A stretch of DNA of 64,000 nucleotides from the human T2T-CHM13v2.0 reference genome, Homo sapiens, in the NCBI RefSeq assembly GCF_009914755.1, contig NC_060926.1, one strand, 5' to 3'. Below the pieces are notes generated by a model that did no database searches, had not been told where the DNA came from, and saw nothing but the letters and a program-made list of their open reading frames with translations. Each line of letters starts with the position of its first letter. Within the stretch, counting starts at the first letter, position 1. The position numbers and the translations under genes were made by a program. This document shows, one piece after another, positions 30,936 to 42,714 of the stretch.

Positions 30936-32660
30936 GTAAGCCCTAATTAAATAACCTTTAATCAAGTAAGATTCTGTTTTATTTTATCTTATTCTAACGT
31001 GGCTCTCTATTTGTCGCAAGATGCCTTTTCCTACTCGATGACAGGTTTCTGTTTTTAACCATTTTTTAAATCTGCTTTCCCATTTCTTAGAAAGTGAATA
31101 ACATTATCATTAGTCCATTTTCCCAATAGAGATGTTGAAGGACAAAGGATAATTGTATCTGTCTTTTCCCATAGCACTCGTACACATCATCTCCATGCCA
31201 GGGAGAAGAACTAGGATTTCTAAAATCTGGAGTACAGATTAACCATCAGAAAGCAAAGCACAGTGCTTCACATTCTTACTTTCCACTTAAGCTCTGCACT
31301 GGCAGTAAAAATACAAACAAAATTTCCTATAACTTCTCCACAAGGACCCTTCTTGGCTGATTTCTTATAACTCCATTGTACTGGTTCAGACAAAAGCAAC
31401 CAGGGTCGTGACAGTGAAATGCATATTGCACGCAGATCAGAGACCTTGGGTAGGAGTTACAAGCATGAACTCCTATCCAAGTAACACTGAGTTTACCCCG
31501 TAATTATTTTATTTTTGACTATAGCAAGTCTCAATCAAATTGCTATCCTGGGTTGAAAGCATTGCTTTTTGAAAAGACCTAAAAGCCAACTTATACTTAA
31601 GTGTAAAATGTACATATTAAATATAAATGATTCCACAACATGGATCAGATTTTACGTGACATTAAAATTGCTTCTTCAAGGTCAACCAACCCAGAAATGA
31701 CCTTTATCATATTCATAAATGTGTTTGAAGATAATTTATTTTTTTACTCTACCAAAATCAGTAATCATCAGTGTCCCAAGGTTTTATGTTAAAGCAGGAG
31801 AATTTCTCAAGGCTGTGGTTAATCATCCCTTTGCATCTTGCATTCTTTCTTAATTCCTCTGACAGTTGTGTCGTACTAGAAACTCACCCTCTCCAAATCT
31901 CTAACAGTGGCAACAGGGCTAGTGGGGGATGGGTCAAATGTGTTTGGGTCAAAATAGAATAGGATTTAATTCCAAGAAACTCATCTTAGTGAAGTTGCGT
32001 CGACTTAGCCTTCTGTCATGGAGTGACAAGTTAGAATCCACTCTTAGACTTGTTGTATAGAGTCAAACCAATCTGATCATCAAGACAAAGCTTAATGTCT
32101 ATGCCATGGTGCCAGCTAGGCAGAGAGGTCCAAGCCCTGGCCCTTGAGCCCTATGAGGAGGTCGGCATCTAGTATTTAGATGGAGCCAGACTGAGAGGCA
32201 TTAAAAGCAATAGGCTTTGTTAAAAACCACTGATGTTTGGCCACCGAATGTCAAGCTGGTTTTGAAAATCGATGATAATCTTTCTGCTCAGGGCTCAGGT
32301 CCTACTGAAGACTAGCAAGAGGCCCTGAACCCTCATGAATGAGACAATGGAAAACAACCTCCACCGAGAATCACAAGCAGATGGCTAAGACCACTCATGG
32401 TCAGGGTGTCCTTTACATTTATTTTTCTTCGAAAAATTAAACGAAAAGCCTCCATCCCCAGCATTATAATTAAAGATGAGAGAATGTTCCTTGTGTTCTG
32501 CCAAACGATGATCCTTCTTAACTCCTCTTCCCTCCCTCACGCCTCCCACTACCTTAAACGTCTTGGGTTGTGAGTTCAGATTCAGAGTGAGGTTCTCGTG
32601 AATTTTGTTCAGCCAGCATTGACATGAACAATATCCTGTTTCAGAGAAGAGGGTTTATTT

Positions 32661-32663
<3 letters not shown>

Positions 32664-32703
<40 letters not shown>

Positions 32704-32708
32704 ACACA
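32664..32708. repeat. (CA)n microsatellite
   Basis: Read directly from the sequence. Confidence 0.95.
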
Positions 32709-32756
32709 AAACAAAATCCCTCATAAAGATCCTTGAACATCAGATGACTCTTACAA

Positions 32757-32855
32757 AACAATTTGATGAATTAAGTGTAAATGAATCAGGAACATGTGGA
32801 TTAAATTTCCCTCAAAATACACTTGGGTTTAAATATTCAGAGAGAAAGTGCTTGG
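32757..32855 (+). repeat. Copy B of the unclassified 99-bp dispersed direct repeat (paralog at 20445-20543)
   Basis: Manual ungapped alignment gives 79/99 identical. Confidence 0.9.
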
Positions 32856-34059
32856 GAAATATATTCTGGATTTTCCTGAGCTCAAATGTTCGAAAATTCA
32901 TCTCAAACTTTACTTGACAGCTTCCCCACCCCAGGTCAGATCGCATTATAAATACATGGATATACGTCTATTGCATGGTCGTAGGGGCGCACACATTTTT
33001 GCGGCCTGGAGTAATAACTATGGTATATGGAGTGTGCTGTGAAGAAGGGCTGCAAGGCCTCGAGCCTGTCTGTGTTCACACTCACAGAGGGTTTGTTTTT
33101 GTTTGGTTTTTCATATGAGAGAAGAACGTTGTAATGATTTCCACTACCACTAACCCACCCCCCTCCCAATCATTTTATTCCCATCGCTAAAACCCTCGGG
33201 GAGAATCTACTGTGTGTGACAAAGAAATATGTCTTTTCTCTGTGTTACAGACCTTGGATCACATCCAGGACCCCTTTTCCCCGGAGGCCAGCTCGCATCG
33301 TTTATGATTTGCATTTCATTGCCGTACACTGAACCCAGTGAGAAGTCGTCTGAACCAGCAGAATGGTGAGAGCTAAAAGTAGCAAGCAAGAAGTCTCCAT
33401 TTTCCAGCTCATTCTGCACAGTCTGCTTTGCCAGAAACCCTAAGCCAAATTTGATTTAAAATTTATACAAGAAAAGAACATCAACATGAGTACACTCAGT
33501 CTCTTCTCTTCCCCTTTCCCAAGACCCTTCTTGGCCTGGGAACCTCTGTTTTAGGTTTCATTTGATGTTGGATGGCTAATTATTAGATTTTTCTCTTTTC
33601 CCTCCCTATTTAATTCTGCCACTTACTTTTACAATGTCCTTATTTTCCCCAGTCCTCTTTATCCCTCAATCTTTAACCTGCAAAAGAGAACGAAGTCAAC
33701 TTTTGAAATGTAAACAAGAATTTTAAAGAAGAAAAAGTAGGGTCAAAGAGAGCAGTGCAATAGTTGAAAAAATATAATAATTCAATGAAAGTATGAAAGT
33801 ATGTAGAATATACTCCATATGAGAAAAGGAAACTCATTCGTCCTGTCCTGCACATGATCATCCTTATACATACTACGGAAAGAGTTTGAGAAAAAAATTC
33901 TGATGAAGTCATCTCCCATATTCATATAGATCAGCTAGGACTTTTAAACAAAGCTACTGATTTTAAGACAGAACTCTCTCCTAAACTACATAGCTATTTT
34001 TTTTTGAAAACTATGTTACCAAAGTATGTCCATGGGGAAGTCTTACCAGCCCCTCAAGT

Positions 34060-34930
34060 AAAAGGTAAACTGCTTCTTCTCCTGTATTCCTGCCTTAGTT
34101 AATGATACCAGATGAAGCCACCTCTTTCCTTATCCCTGTGTTCAAGGTGCCACAAAGACAGGTCGCTTTCTAAATGGTTCCTACTTAGTTTACACCTGAG
34201 CCCCTCTGCCTGAGTTTGCACTATCAATCCCATCCTAATCAGCCCCTGATCTGTGAGACAGTCCGTTATCTATACTATTAGCGATAGTTCTAACATGCAC
34301 CTCTGAGTGTGTCCTGCACTGCCTAAATCCTTCCATGACTTCCATTACCAAGGAAGGTAGTCAAAAGGATCAAGTGGAGGGAAGGGAATTTACTAGAATC
34401 TCTCCAGGGAAGTTTTATACTTTGCACCAATTCTACAGGAACTGCCCTTCGTCCCTCTGGATTCTGACATGATGTGAGAGAGGGGAGCTGGAAAGTTCTC
34501 TGGTTCATTCTGAGGAGTTCCTCTGCCCCCTTCCTGCTCACCTCTCCTGCTCCCCATTGCCTCCCAAACCCTCTGGCCCACAAGGTGCAGTCCAAACTCC
34601 CCAGGGCACAGGAGGCCTTGCAGAAGTTGGACTCTCTCAGCCCCTCCACCCAAGCACCTGCCAATCCAGACTCACCTGTTCTATATGGGGACCACCTGCT
34701 TTTCCTCCGTCTGAAGGGCTCTTTCTTTCCTGGCTAACTCCCACTTCTCTATCAAGCCTCATCTTAGATATTGTCTCCTAACGGAAGGGGCATCTTCATC
34801 ACCTGGGGCACATACCTGGCCCTTCTCACAATGACAACATGTGTGACCTGCCTGTCTCTTCTCTCCAGCCTAGGAGTTCCTGAGGGGGTAGACAGCAGAT
34901 GCTTAATGGTTTTTGAATGAATAGATGTGT
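34060..34930 (+). mobile_element. Highly degenerate L2
   Basis: Pyrimidine-rich L2-like segments ('aaggtgcagtccaaactcc...caggaggccttgcag', tail 'ttgaatgaatagatg'). Confidence 0.45.
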
Positions 34931-35214
34931 GGGAATAAATACATGGCTAAAGGAAATCATGGCAGTGAGGTCTCTATGAACTGACTAAATTGACTGTTTT
35001 GCAAAAAGTTGGTAGCAATATCTTTTTACCATACAATCAACTCAATTGGACCACTAACCCACCAGCCAATAATCAGAGTATGACACAACTGAACTCACTG
35101 TTTTGATCATCTTTGCAAATGAGACTAGTCATTTGTTAATTAAATCACATACGAAATAAATTCTCCATCTCCCCCTAAAAAAAAAAGAGTATTTGCCAGC
35201 TATTATGAATGGAA

Positions 35215-35440
35215 AGTATTAACATTTATTTGAGTGTTTACTGTGTACCAGGCACTATCTTATTCATTTTGCATGGACTGATTCATTGAGTCCTCACAAA
35301 AACTCTAGAAGGTGCATGTTTTCGTAGTACTCACTTTACAGATGAGAGAGCTGCCTACGGGCACCCAGCAGGCACGGCCGAGGTGGGCTCACAATACAGC
35401 CACACAGCCCAAGTGCTCCCTCACTAGGTTCTACTGTCTC
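35215..35440 (-). mobile_element. MIR SINE
   Basis: 'aacatttatttgagtgtttactgtgtaccaggcact...tcctcacaaaaactctag...tttacagatgag'. Confidence 0.8.
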
Positions 35441-35559
35441 TGAGGACATGAATGAGCATTGTGTGGTTTCCACCAGAAACAGCACATGATATTTTCCAGT
35501 GTAGATCCATAATTCAGTTATCTACAGCTTCCATCTTATATTCACATCAAAAAGACATC

Positions 35560-36015
<456 letters not shown>

Positions 36016-36689
36016 TTGCAAATCTCAGTTGCTCTATAGGTCAATCCTATAATTCTCATTGGTCAATTTATTCCTAATATCCAACACACCAAGTCAGGGG
36101 GGAAAAGGTTGTTTCCAACTTGACTGAACTTATTTTTGCCCCCTTCCCACACCTAACTGGTTCTGAGAAGACCTTAACTTAATCATTGCCTGAAGAGAAA
36201 GAAATATGGATGCTCTGCAGCTTTGAGGACACCAGGTTCTAGAAAACACCAAGAAAATGCAAATCTGGGGAGGAAGCGTAGAAGCCAAAGTGAATCAGAG
36301 AGCCAGGTAGGGGCCCTGAAGACTCCGCCATGGATGGCTTTCCACCGGGCGGACTCTGTCCACACATCCTGCTCTCCCCTCAAATTCTGAACTTTTGAAT
36401 AAAAGTAGCTACCTTACTTGTCTGTTGATATTCTCTTTATCTAAGATAGGAAGCCAGGCTTGAAGGAGATGAAAAACATAATTTTGCCATGCCATCCTTT
36501 GCTTTTTCCTTTTATAATTCTGTGTCATATTATAATTGCTACAGCTAAGAATGAATCTTAAAGCAATAATTGTTCCTTTTTCATAAGAGCGGGGGCTTTG
36601 ACTTGCCATCCTTATCTTCGCAGCTCCTACCTGCTTTCCAAAGACCCTCAGTTGGGCCTCCCCCATCTATCGAGAGACCCTATAACCTT

Positions 36690-36900
36690 GCGGACCTGAG
36701 ACTGGATTATATTCCCAGCTCATCAGTGGAAAGTGGACGTAACACTTAACCTCCCTTCGCCTCTGTCTCTCCATCTGCAAAATAGCAAAATAATGCAGGC
36801 CACCTGCTTCCCTCACAGGAGTGTGGTGATAATTAATGATATTAGGCTAATGCTGTCAGCTTTCTGAAGAGCTCAATGAATTTGGAATGAGAGACCTTGT
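36690..36900 (+). mobile_element. MIR SINE (degenerate)
   Basis: 'aacacttaacctcccttcgcctctgtctctccatctgcaaaatag'. Confidence 0.6.
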
Positions 36901-37969
36901 ATGGATATCAAATATGGTTCCCTAATCAAAGGACTTTGAGGCTGTCCATATATCTTCAGAACCAGGGACACGGGAACACCAGCTTTTCTATTTGTTATTT
37001 GAAATGATGCCCAAAAGAGAAGAGGACAAGACATGACTGAAGGCTATGATCGAGTCAACCCTTCTGGTGACTGTCCATTCAACATCTGTCCGAGGGGAGG
37101 TGATTACAGAGCCTCAGATTGCCTGAGTCTATTATCATTAGTGCATATTTGGTGGGGAATGGATTGGAAGGACAGGTCAGGCACAGCCGTCTTTGTTAAA
37201 GGCAGAGCACCCCCACTCCTCAAAAGCCCATTCCAGAACATTGTGAAGTGAGCTGCAGGGCGCCTTTCTCCCTTTCTCTCTGCCCGACTGCATGCTAACA
37301 TCACCCCACCCCCACCCTTCATTTAAGAGTTCACAAACTGTTCCTGCCAGTTTAAGCAAAAAGTGTTCCGCGAGGTAACAGGGCCATGGTAATTAATTTT
37401 GCTCCTTGACTAGTAGGTGAAAAGCTTTTTATTATGTAAATTATAAATGTCCTGAAGGGAAACTTTATCTCCCTCTCACCAATGAGCCCATCAGGCTGCC
37501 TGAATCAGGATTTTTTTTTATGTTTATTAGTCTTGGGGGGCCAGTTAGGACATTTCATAGCTTCTAAGTGCTGACATTTATCTACTGCTTCCAAATAAAC
37601 CTAGTGGCAGGGAGCCACGGGTGGATCACTAAATACGGAGGAAGGGAGGGGGCAGACTGACTGTCCACAGACAGTCAGAGAATGATGCGCCCAAAGGCAG
37701 TATGGAAACCCAGAGAGCTTCTCTCTCTCCTTCTTATTTCCCCCAGCTTCCTCCCCTGTGATTCCTTCTCACCTGTCTCCTTCTGCCTTCTTCAAGGATG
37801 CCTCGACTTCCAGGCACAGCCAACCCTCCCTGGAGCTGAGGCTGCCTCCCCTCTCCCTCCCCACCCCACAGCATTCCCAGATACTACTTAGGTTCTTTGT
37901 GTGGGGACCATCCTTGTTTTCAAAAGAACATTGAAACTTTTTCTTCCCTGAGTGGACAAATTTACACCC

Positions 37970-38345
37970 TGTGGTGGTCAATTTTATGAGTCCACTTGGC
38001 TTGGCTGCAGTGCCCAGATATGTGGTCAAACATTAGTTGGGATGTTTCTATGAGGGTGTTTTTGGATGGGATTTACATTTAAATCAGTGGACTTTGAGTA
38101 AAGCAGATTGCATCCATAATGTAGGTGAGCCTCAGCCAATCAGTCAAAGGCCTGAATAGAACACTAGACTGTCTTCCTCAAAGCAGGAGGGAATTTGGCC
38201 AGCAGATGGCCTTGGACTTGAACTGAAGCATCGGCTCTCCCTCAACCTGCAGAATTTGGACTTGCCAGCCCCCATAATCACATAAGCCAATTCCTTAAAA
38301 TTAATGTCTCTGTCTCTGTGTCTCTCTCTTGCTTTCAGTATATAC
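37970..38345 (+). mobile_element. MLT2 (ERVL) LTR
   Basis: 'tgtggtggtcaattttatgagtc...ggtcaaacatt...agtggactttgagtaaagcagattgc...taagccaattccttaaaa'. Confidence 0.9.
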
Positions 38346-38360
38346 ATATATACTATCTCT

Positions 38361-38363
<3 letters not shown>

Positions 38364-38416
<53 letters not shown>

Positions 38417-38492
38417 TCGGGTCTTCAACTAAATTGGAGATATATAGATAGAGAGAGAGAGAGAGACAGACAATGAGAGAGAGAGAGAGAGA
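38364..38492. repeat. (TG)n followed by (GA)n microsatellites
   Basis: ~25 TG units at 38364-38414 and GA runs at ~38450-38492. Confidence 0.95.
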
Positions 38493-38609
38493 AGTATATG
38501 AGATATGAAAGTGATTGGGGCTTAGCAAGCCTTGAGAAAGGGTGAGTTTAGTTTTTCTCGTCTGACACAGCAGTGTATCTAATTGGTCTGTCTCATTGAC
38601 GATAAGTGC

Positions 38610-39180
38610 CACAAGTAAATAAGAAGCTTATAGGGAGACTTTCATCCTCCAGCAGTGCTTAAGCCATGGGCACATGGTGGGGAGTGAAACGGGGCCTTGC
38701 CTTCTTGAAGCTTACGCTCTAGTGACATAATTCAGCAATTAAATAAAGACACATATATAAAGGTATGTGGTGATAGCTGCTGTGTCCCATTAGAGGAAAT
38801 AACCCTGTATAAGGTTATAAGAGGTATAAGAGGTCATGAAAGGCACCTCCAAAAAGCCAACATTTTAGAGAAGCTGAAAAACAAATAGGAGTTTCCCAAG
38901 CTGCAGGAGAGCATTTCAGGTGAGGCAGCAGCAGGTGTGAGGCTGGAGGCAGGAAGATCGAGAGGAGGTGCAGCAGGGGACAGCGGACAGGCACAGGACA
39001 GGGCCATGCTGTACAGGAGCCTGGCTGCCCTGCCGAGGATGGTGCTGAGGACAGTGCATCTTCCCCAGTTACAGTGAGAAGCCAATGAAGAACTTTAAGC
39101 AGAGAAATGACATTATCCTGATTTATATATATTTTTAATTATGTTGGCTACCTCCATGTGGGACACAATCGGAGAATACA
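38610..39180 (-). mobile_element. Degenerate L2
   Basis: 'ccttgccttcttgaagcttacgctctagt...gagcatttcaggtgagg...gaagccaatgaagaactttaagcagagaaatgacatt'. Confidence 0.6.
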
Positions 39181-39739
39181 CATGGGGAGCCCAATGTGAT
39201 GGAACAAGCGTGGTCACTGTCACTGGGAATTCATGGCAGCATTCACTTCTACTCCCATCCCCAGCTGGAAAAGGGACACCTGCACTTACCCTCTCCCCTT
39301 CGGTTTGTTGCCTCTCAAGAGGAGAGATGCTTCCTTACAGGGAGATAGCTTTAGTTAAAATACATAACTAAAAAATGAAGAGGTAGGTCAGAGAGAAAGC
39401 CATTTGAGGGTGAATATTCAGAGATTATTTGTGGGGAGAGGAATAGCTGGTGAGAAGCTCCTCCAAGGATCTGAGGATACAAAACCAGGGAGAAGGGAAA
39501 AGGGAATTTAACACTCTTACTGTGGATTATGATTGGATCTTTCTACAGTTAACAAGAAAACTACATTAATGAGTTATTTATTAATGAATATTGTGTTTCC
39601 TTGGAGATATTGCCCCTCCAAGACTCCCTGGGCCTTTATCTAGAGGCAAAAGTGCCAGTGACTTGGCCGGGCTATGATAGAGCAGGGCCTCAGGGCCTTC
39701 TCATGGAAGTGGAGAGAGAACGCAGCAGAGACAGCAGAA

Positions 39740-40222
39740 GTGTGGCACAGCCTGAAAATTGTCCCCCACAATTCATTCTTCCCTTCCTCTGTAAATAATA
39801 CAATTCGTAGCTGGGCACTCGGACACCCAGAACACAGCCTCTATTTTCCAGCCTCTTTTGGAGCTGAGTGTGGTCATGGGGCCAAGTTGTGGGTCATGGG
39901 AGGAGCGGAAGGAATGTGTGAAGCTTCCAGATCATGCCCCAGAGGGAAGTGGCATGCCCCCTCCTAGTGCCTTTTTCCACGTCCATGGGCTGAACTGTGG
40001 AAGTGATGGTAAAGACTTTGGAGGATGGGTTAGAGGCAGCATATCAGGGCTGGTGGCCCTGCAGATGGGAGGAGTCTAGTCTTTAACACCAGGAGGCCAC
40101 CATTTAACACCAGGAGGCCACCACACCAGACCAGGAACACTGATGCCTGGACTAGCACACAAGAAAGGGAGAACTTCCATCTTATTTAAGTCGTTATTTT
40201 AAGCCATATCCTAACTGATACA
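39740..40222 (+). mobile_element. MLT1J-like MaLR LTR
   Basis: 'cattcttcccttcctctgtaaata...tattttccagcctcttttggagctgagtgtggtcatg...ttatttaag...cctaactgataca'. Confidence 0.7.
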
Positions 40223-41029
40223 AGTTGTTTCCTAGAGAGTCTCCAGGGCTTTAAACTTTTCTACCCACTCCCATCCTAGAGGTGTGGGGGTCAAAACAAG
40301 GGCAGACTCTTCCCACAAGAGTGAATCCTGTGAACGTTGTTCACAGATTGGGGGCTTCGGAACCTCATGACTGCGCCTTGCAGTTTAGTTATGCAGTGAT
40401 TTACCAAGTGAGTCCTTATCCTTCTGTAGCTGCTTCCTTAGTTGCCGTTAATTAAAAAGTAAAACACACACATAATTTTAAACTATATATATGTTTCTAA
40501 CATTTCTTTTGAATAACAGTTTAAACACTTTTAGCGGTAGAAAATTCCAGTCAAGCTTTGGAAATCTCTGCAAATGACTTTAGCAGATGGTCAAAACTGT
40601 GAAATCCATCATATAGAGTGTAATCTCTGAGTTAAAGGACCCAAGTTTTACTACGAGCCCCACAACTAACTTCAGAGTTAAGCAGCCTGAAGCACTCTGC
40701 TGCTCTGAACCTCAATTTCACATCTCCAAAAGAGGAGAAATGATTGCAACTCTTCCAGAGAAAGGCAGTAAGGATTGTAGCCTTAAGGCAAGAGTGGACA
40801 TTACTGGGTACTTGGTTCATATGCCCATCTGATGCCTGTATCCCCTTCATCACTGGCTTGATAAGTAGGTATCTATCTGTTCTGTTTAGAGTCTACATTT
40901 CCATTGACAGGGACCTCACTATTAAGCTACCCAGTGTATTTGATACATAAAGCAATACAAATTTGCTCAGCTAAAAGCAGCTCCTTCAGTCTGTCTCACT
41001 GCATTCTTGTGGAGAAGACATGAAAGGCA

Positions 41030-41520
41030 GAATGGCAAGGTGAGGGAAGGCCAGACTTGGAGAGCAGATGCATCTAGCCTTGAACTCTAGGTTCACCATT
41101 TATGTGATCTTGGGCAAGTCATTTTATGTCTTTAAGCCTCAGTTTTCTAAATCAATAAAACATATAGTTTAGGGATTACAAATGATGAACACAAAATGGT
41201 ACATATTCCCTATACACAGCAGTATCTTAATACGTGCATGGTGGTTGCTGCTGCTATTGTTACTTTTATTATTATCATCGTTACGGTCATTCCAGGAGCA
41301 GTATACCTATGCTGCCCAGGTTCAAATCCCAGCTTTGCCACTCCCTAATGGTATGAACTTGGGTAAATTACTGAACTTTTCTGTGCCACCATTTCCTCAT
41401 CTATAAATAAGGGATGATAATACATGTTTGCTGCGAGGATTAAGCATTTAAAGAGATGTAAAGCATTTGAACAGCACTTTGCTAACGGTAAGTATGATAT
41501 AAATATTAGCTTCTGTTATT
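41030..41520 (+). mobile_element. Two adjacent MIR SINEs
   Basis: 'tgtgatcttgggcaagtcattttatgtctttaagcctcagtttt' and 'ggttcaaatcccagctttgccac...ttgggtaaattactgaacttttctgtgcc...tttcctcatctataaa'. Confidence 0.85.
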
Positions 41521-42301
41521 ATGAAGCAGTAATAATATACAGAATAAGAGGGCTCTCTGGGAAGTGACCTGACCACTTTACATGTTCTAAAATAAAATTA
41601 GGCTTAACTGATTTGGAAAAATAATTACATAGAGTCAACTCTCAACTGTGTGGTAAAATGAAGAGGTTTATGAATATGGGTATGTTGGAACAGTGACTAA
41701 AAGAAAAGTCTTATACTTGTCTTTTATAGTAAATTTACTTCTTTAAATATGCATTTCATTGGGGTAATATGAGGTGTCCTCAACATGAACAGTAGTGCAG
41801 GTAATGAGAGACAATCTGGATTTTAAAGTGGATAGGTGAAAATATTATTAAGCTTGTGAGACATACTTTAAATAAAGTGATAGAACAATTTTATTTAAGA
41901 ATCTTCTCAATTTATTTATGAATCTTTTCTTCAACGCTAACTAAGCTAACACTTCAGGAGAAGGTGTGGGTGAAAGGGCGTGGGGGTGGGAGCCTGGCAT
42001 CCTCCTCTCTGGGCCATTTTCTTCCACCAGCCAGCGGGCTGACTGAAGAGTTTCACTTCACATTTTGAGCCTCAATTTCCTCAACTGCAAAACACAGTGA
42101 CTTAATTAGAAGAGCTCAAAGATCCCTATAATTTTTCACACTCTAAAGTCCTATGTTAACCTGGCCAAATACACATTAGCAGGCAAGCAGCACTGCCTAG
42201 TTTTCAGGATAACTTTCCTAAATCTCCCATTTCATGTTCTACTATGTAGTCTCAATATGTTGATTAGATATTTTATTGTAGGTGTACAAAGGAAAGGAGG
42301 T

Positions 42302-42714
42302 TGTATCGGTCACAACAGGTTAGGTTATGCTGCAGTAACAAATACTTCCAAATATCCCCCTGGCTTTCAACAACTCAGTTTTATTTTTACCCATGTTGCA
42401 CATGCATCCAGGGTCAGCTGCAGCCCTGTTCCATGTCCTCTTCATTCCAGAGCCCAGACTGATGGAGCAGTCTCCATCTGGACATGGCTGTTCTTCTGGC
42501 ACAGGGAAAGAGGAATTTCAAACCATAAGCTGGCTCTCAAAGCTACTGCATGAAAGTCACACACATCACTTCTGCCCACATTATATTGGCCAAAGTGAAT
42601 CACATGGTTTCTCCTGACTTCAACAAGCAGGGCATGAATAATCTAACCTCCCACAAAGAACACGACTAGGAAAGAAAATAGAATAATTGGCAAACACTAA
42701 TGCAATCTACTACA
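42302..42714 (-). mobile_element. MLT1 (J/K-like) MaLR LTR
   Basis: 'ggttaggttatgctgcagtaacaaa...cacttctgcccacattatattggccaaagtgaatcacatgg...ttggcaaacactaatgcaatctactaca'. Confidence 0.8.

Noticed and set aside
32981-32998. GGTCGTAGGGGCGC as a CTCF site
   Set aside because: Spacing is short and the CCASYAG half does not match.
41630-41870. Possible Tigger/MER-type relic starting 'gagtcaactctcaact'
   Set aside because: I could not identify a matching second TIR or TSD, so there is too little support to call it.
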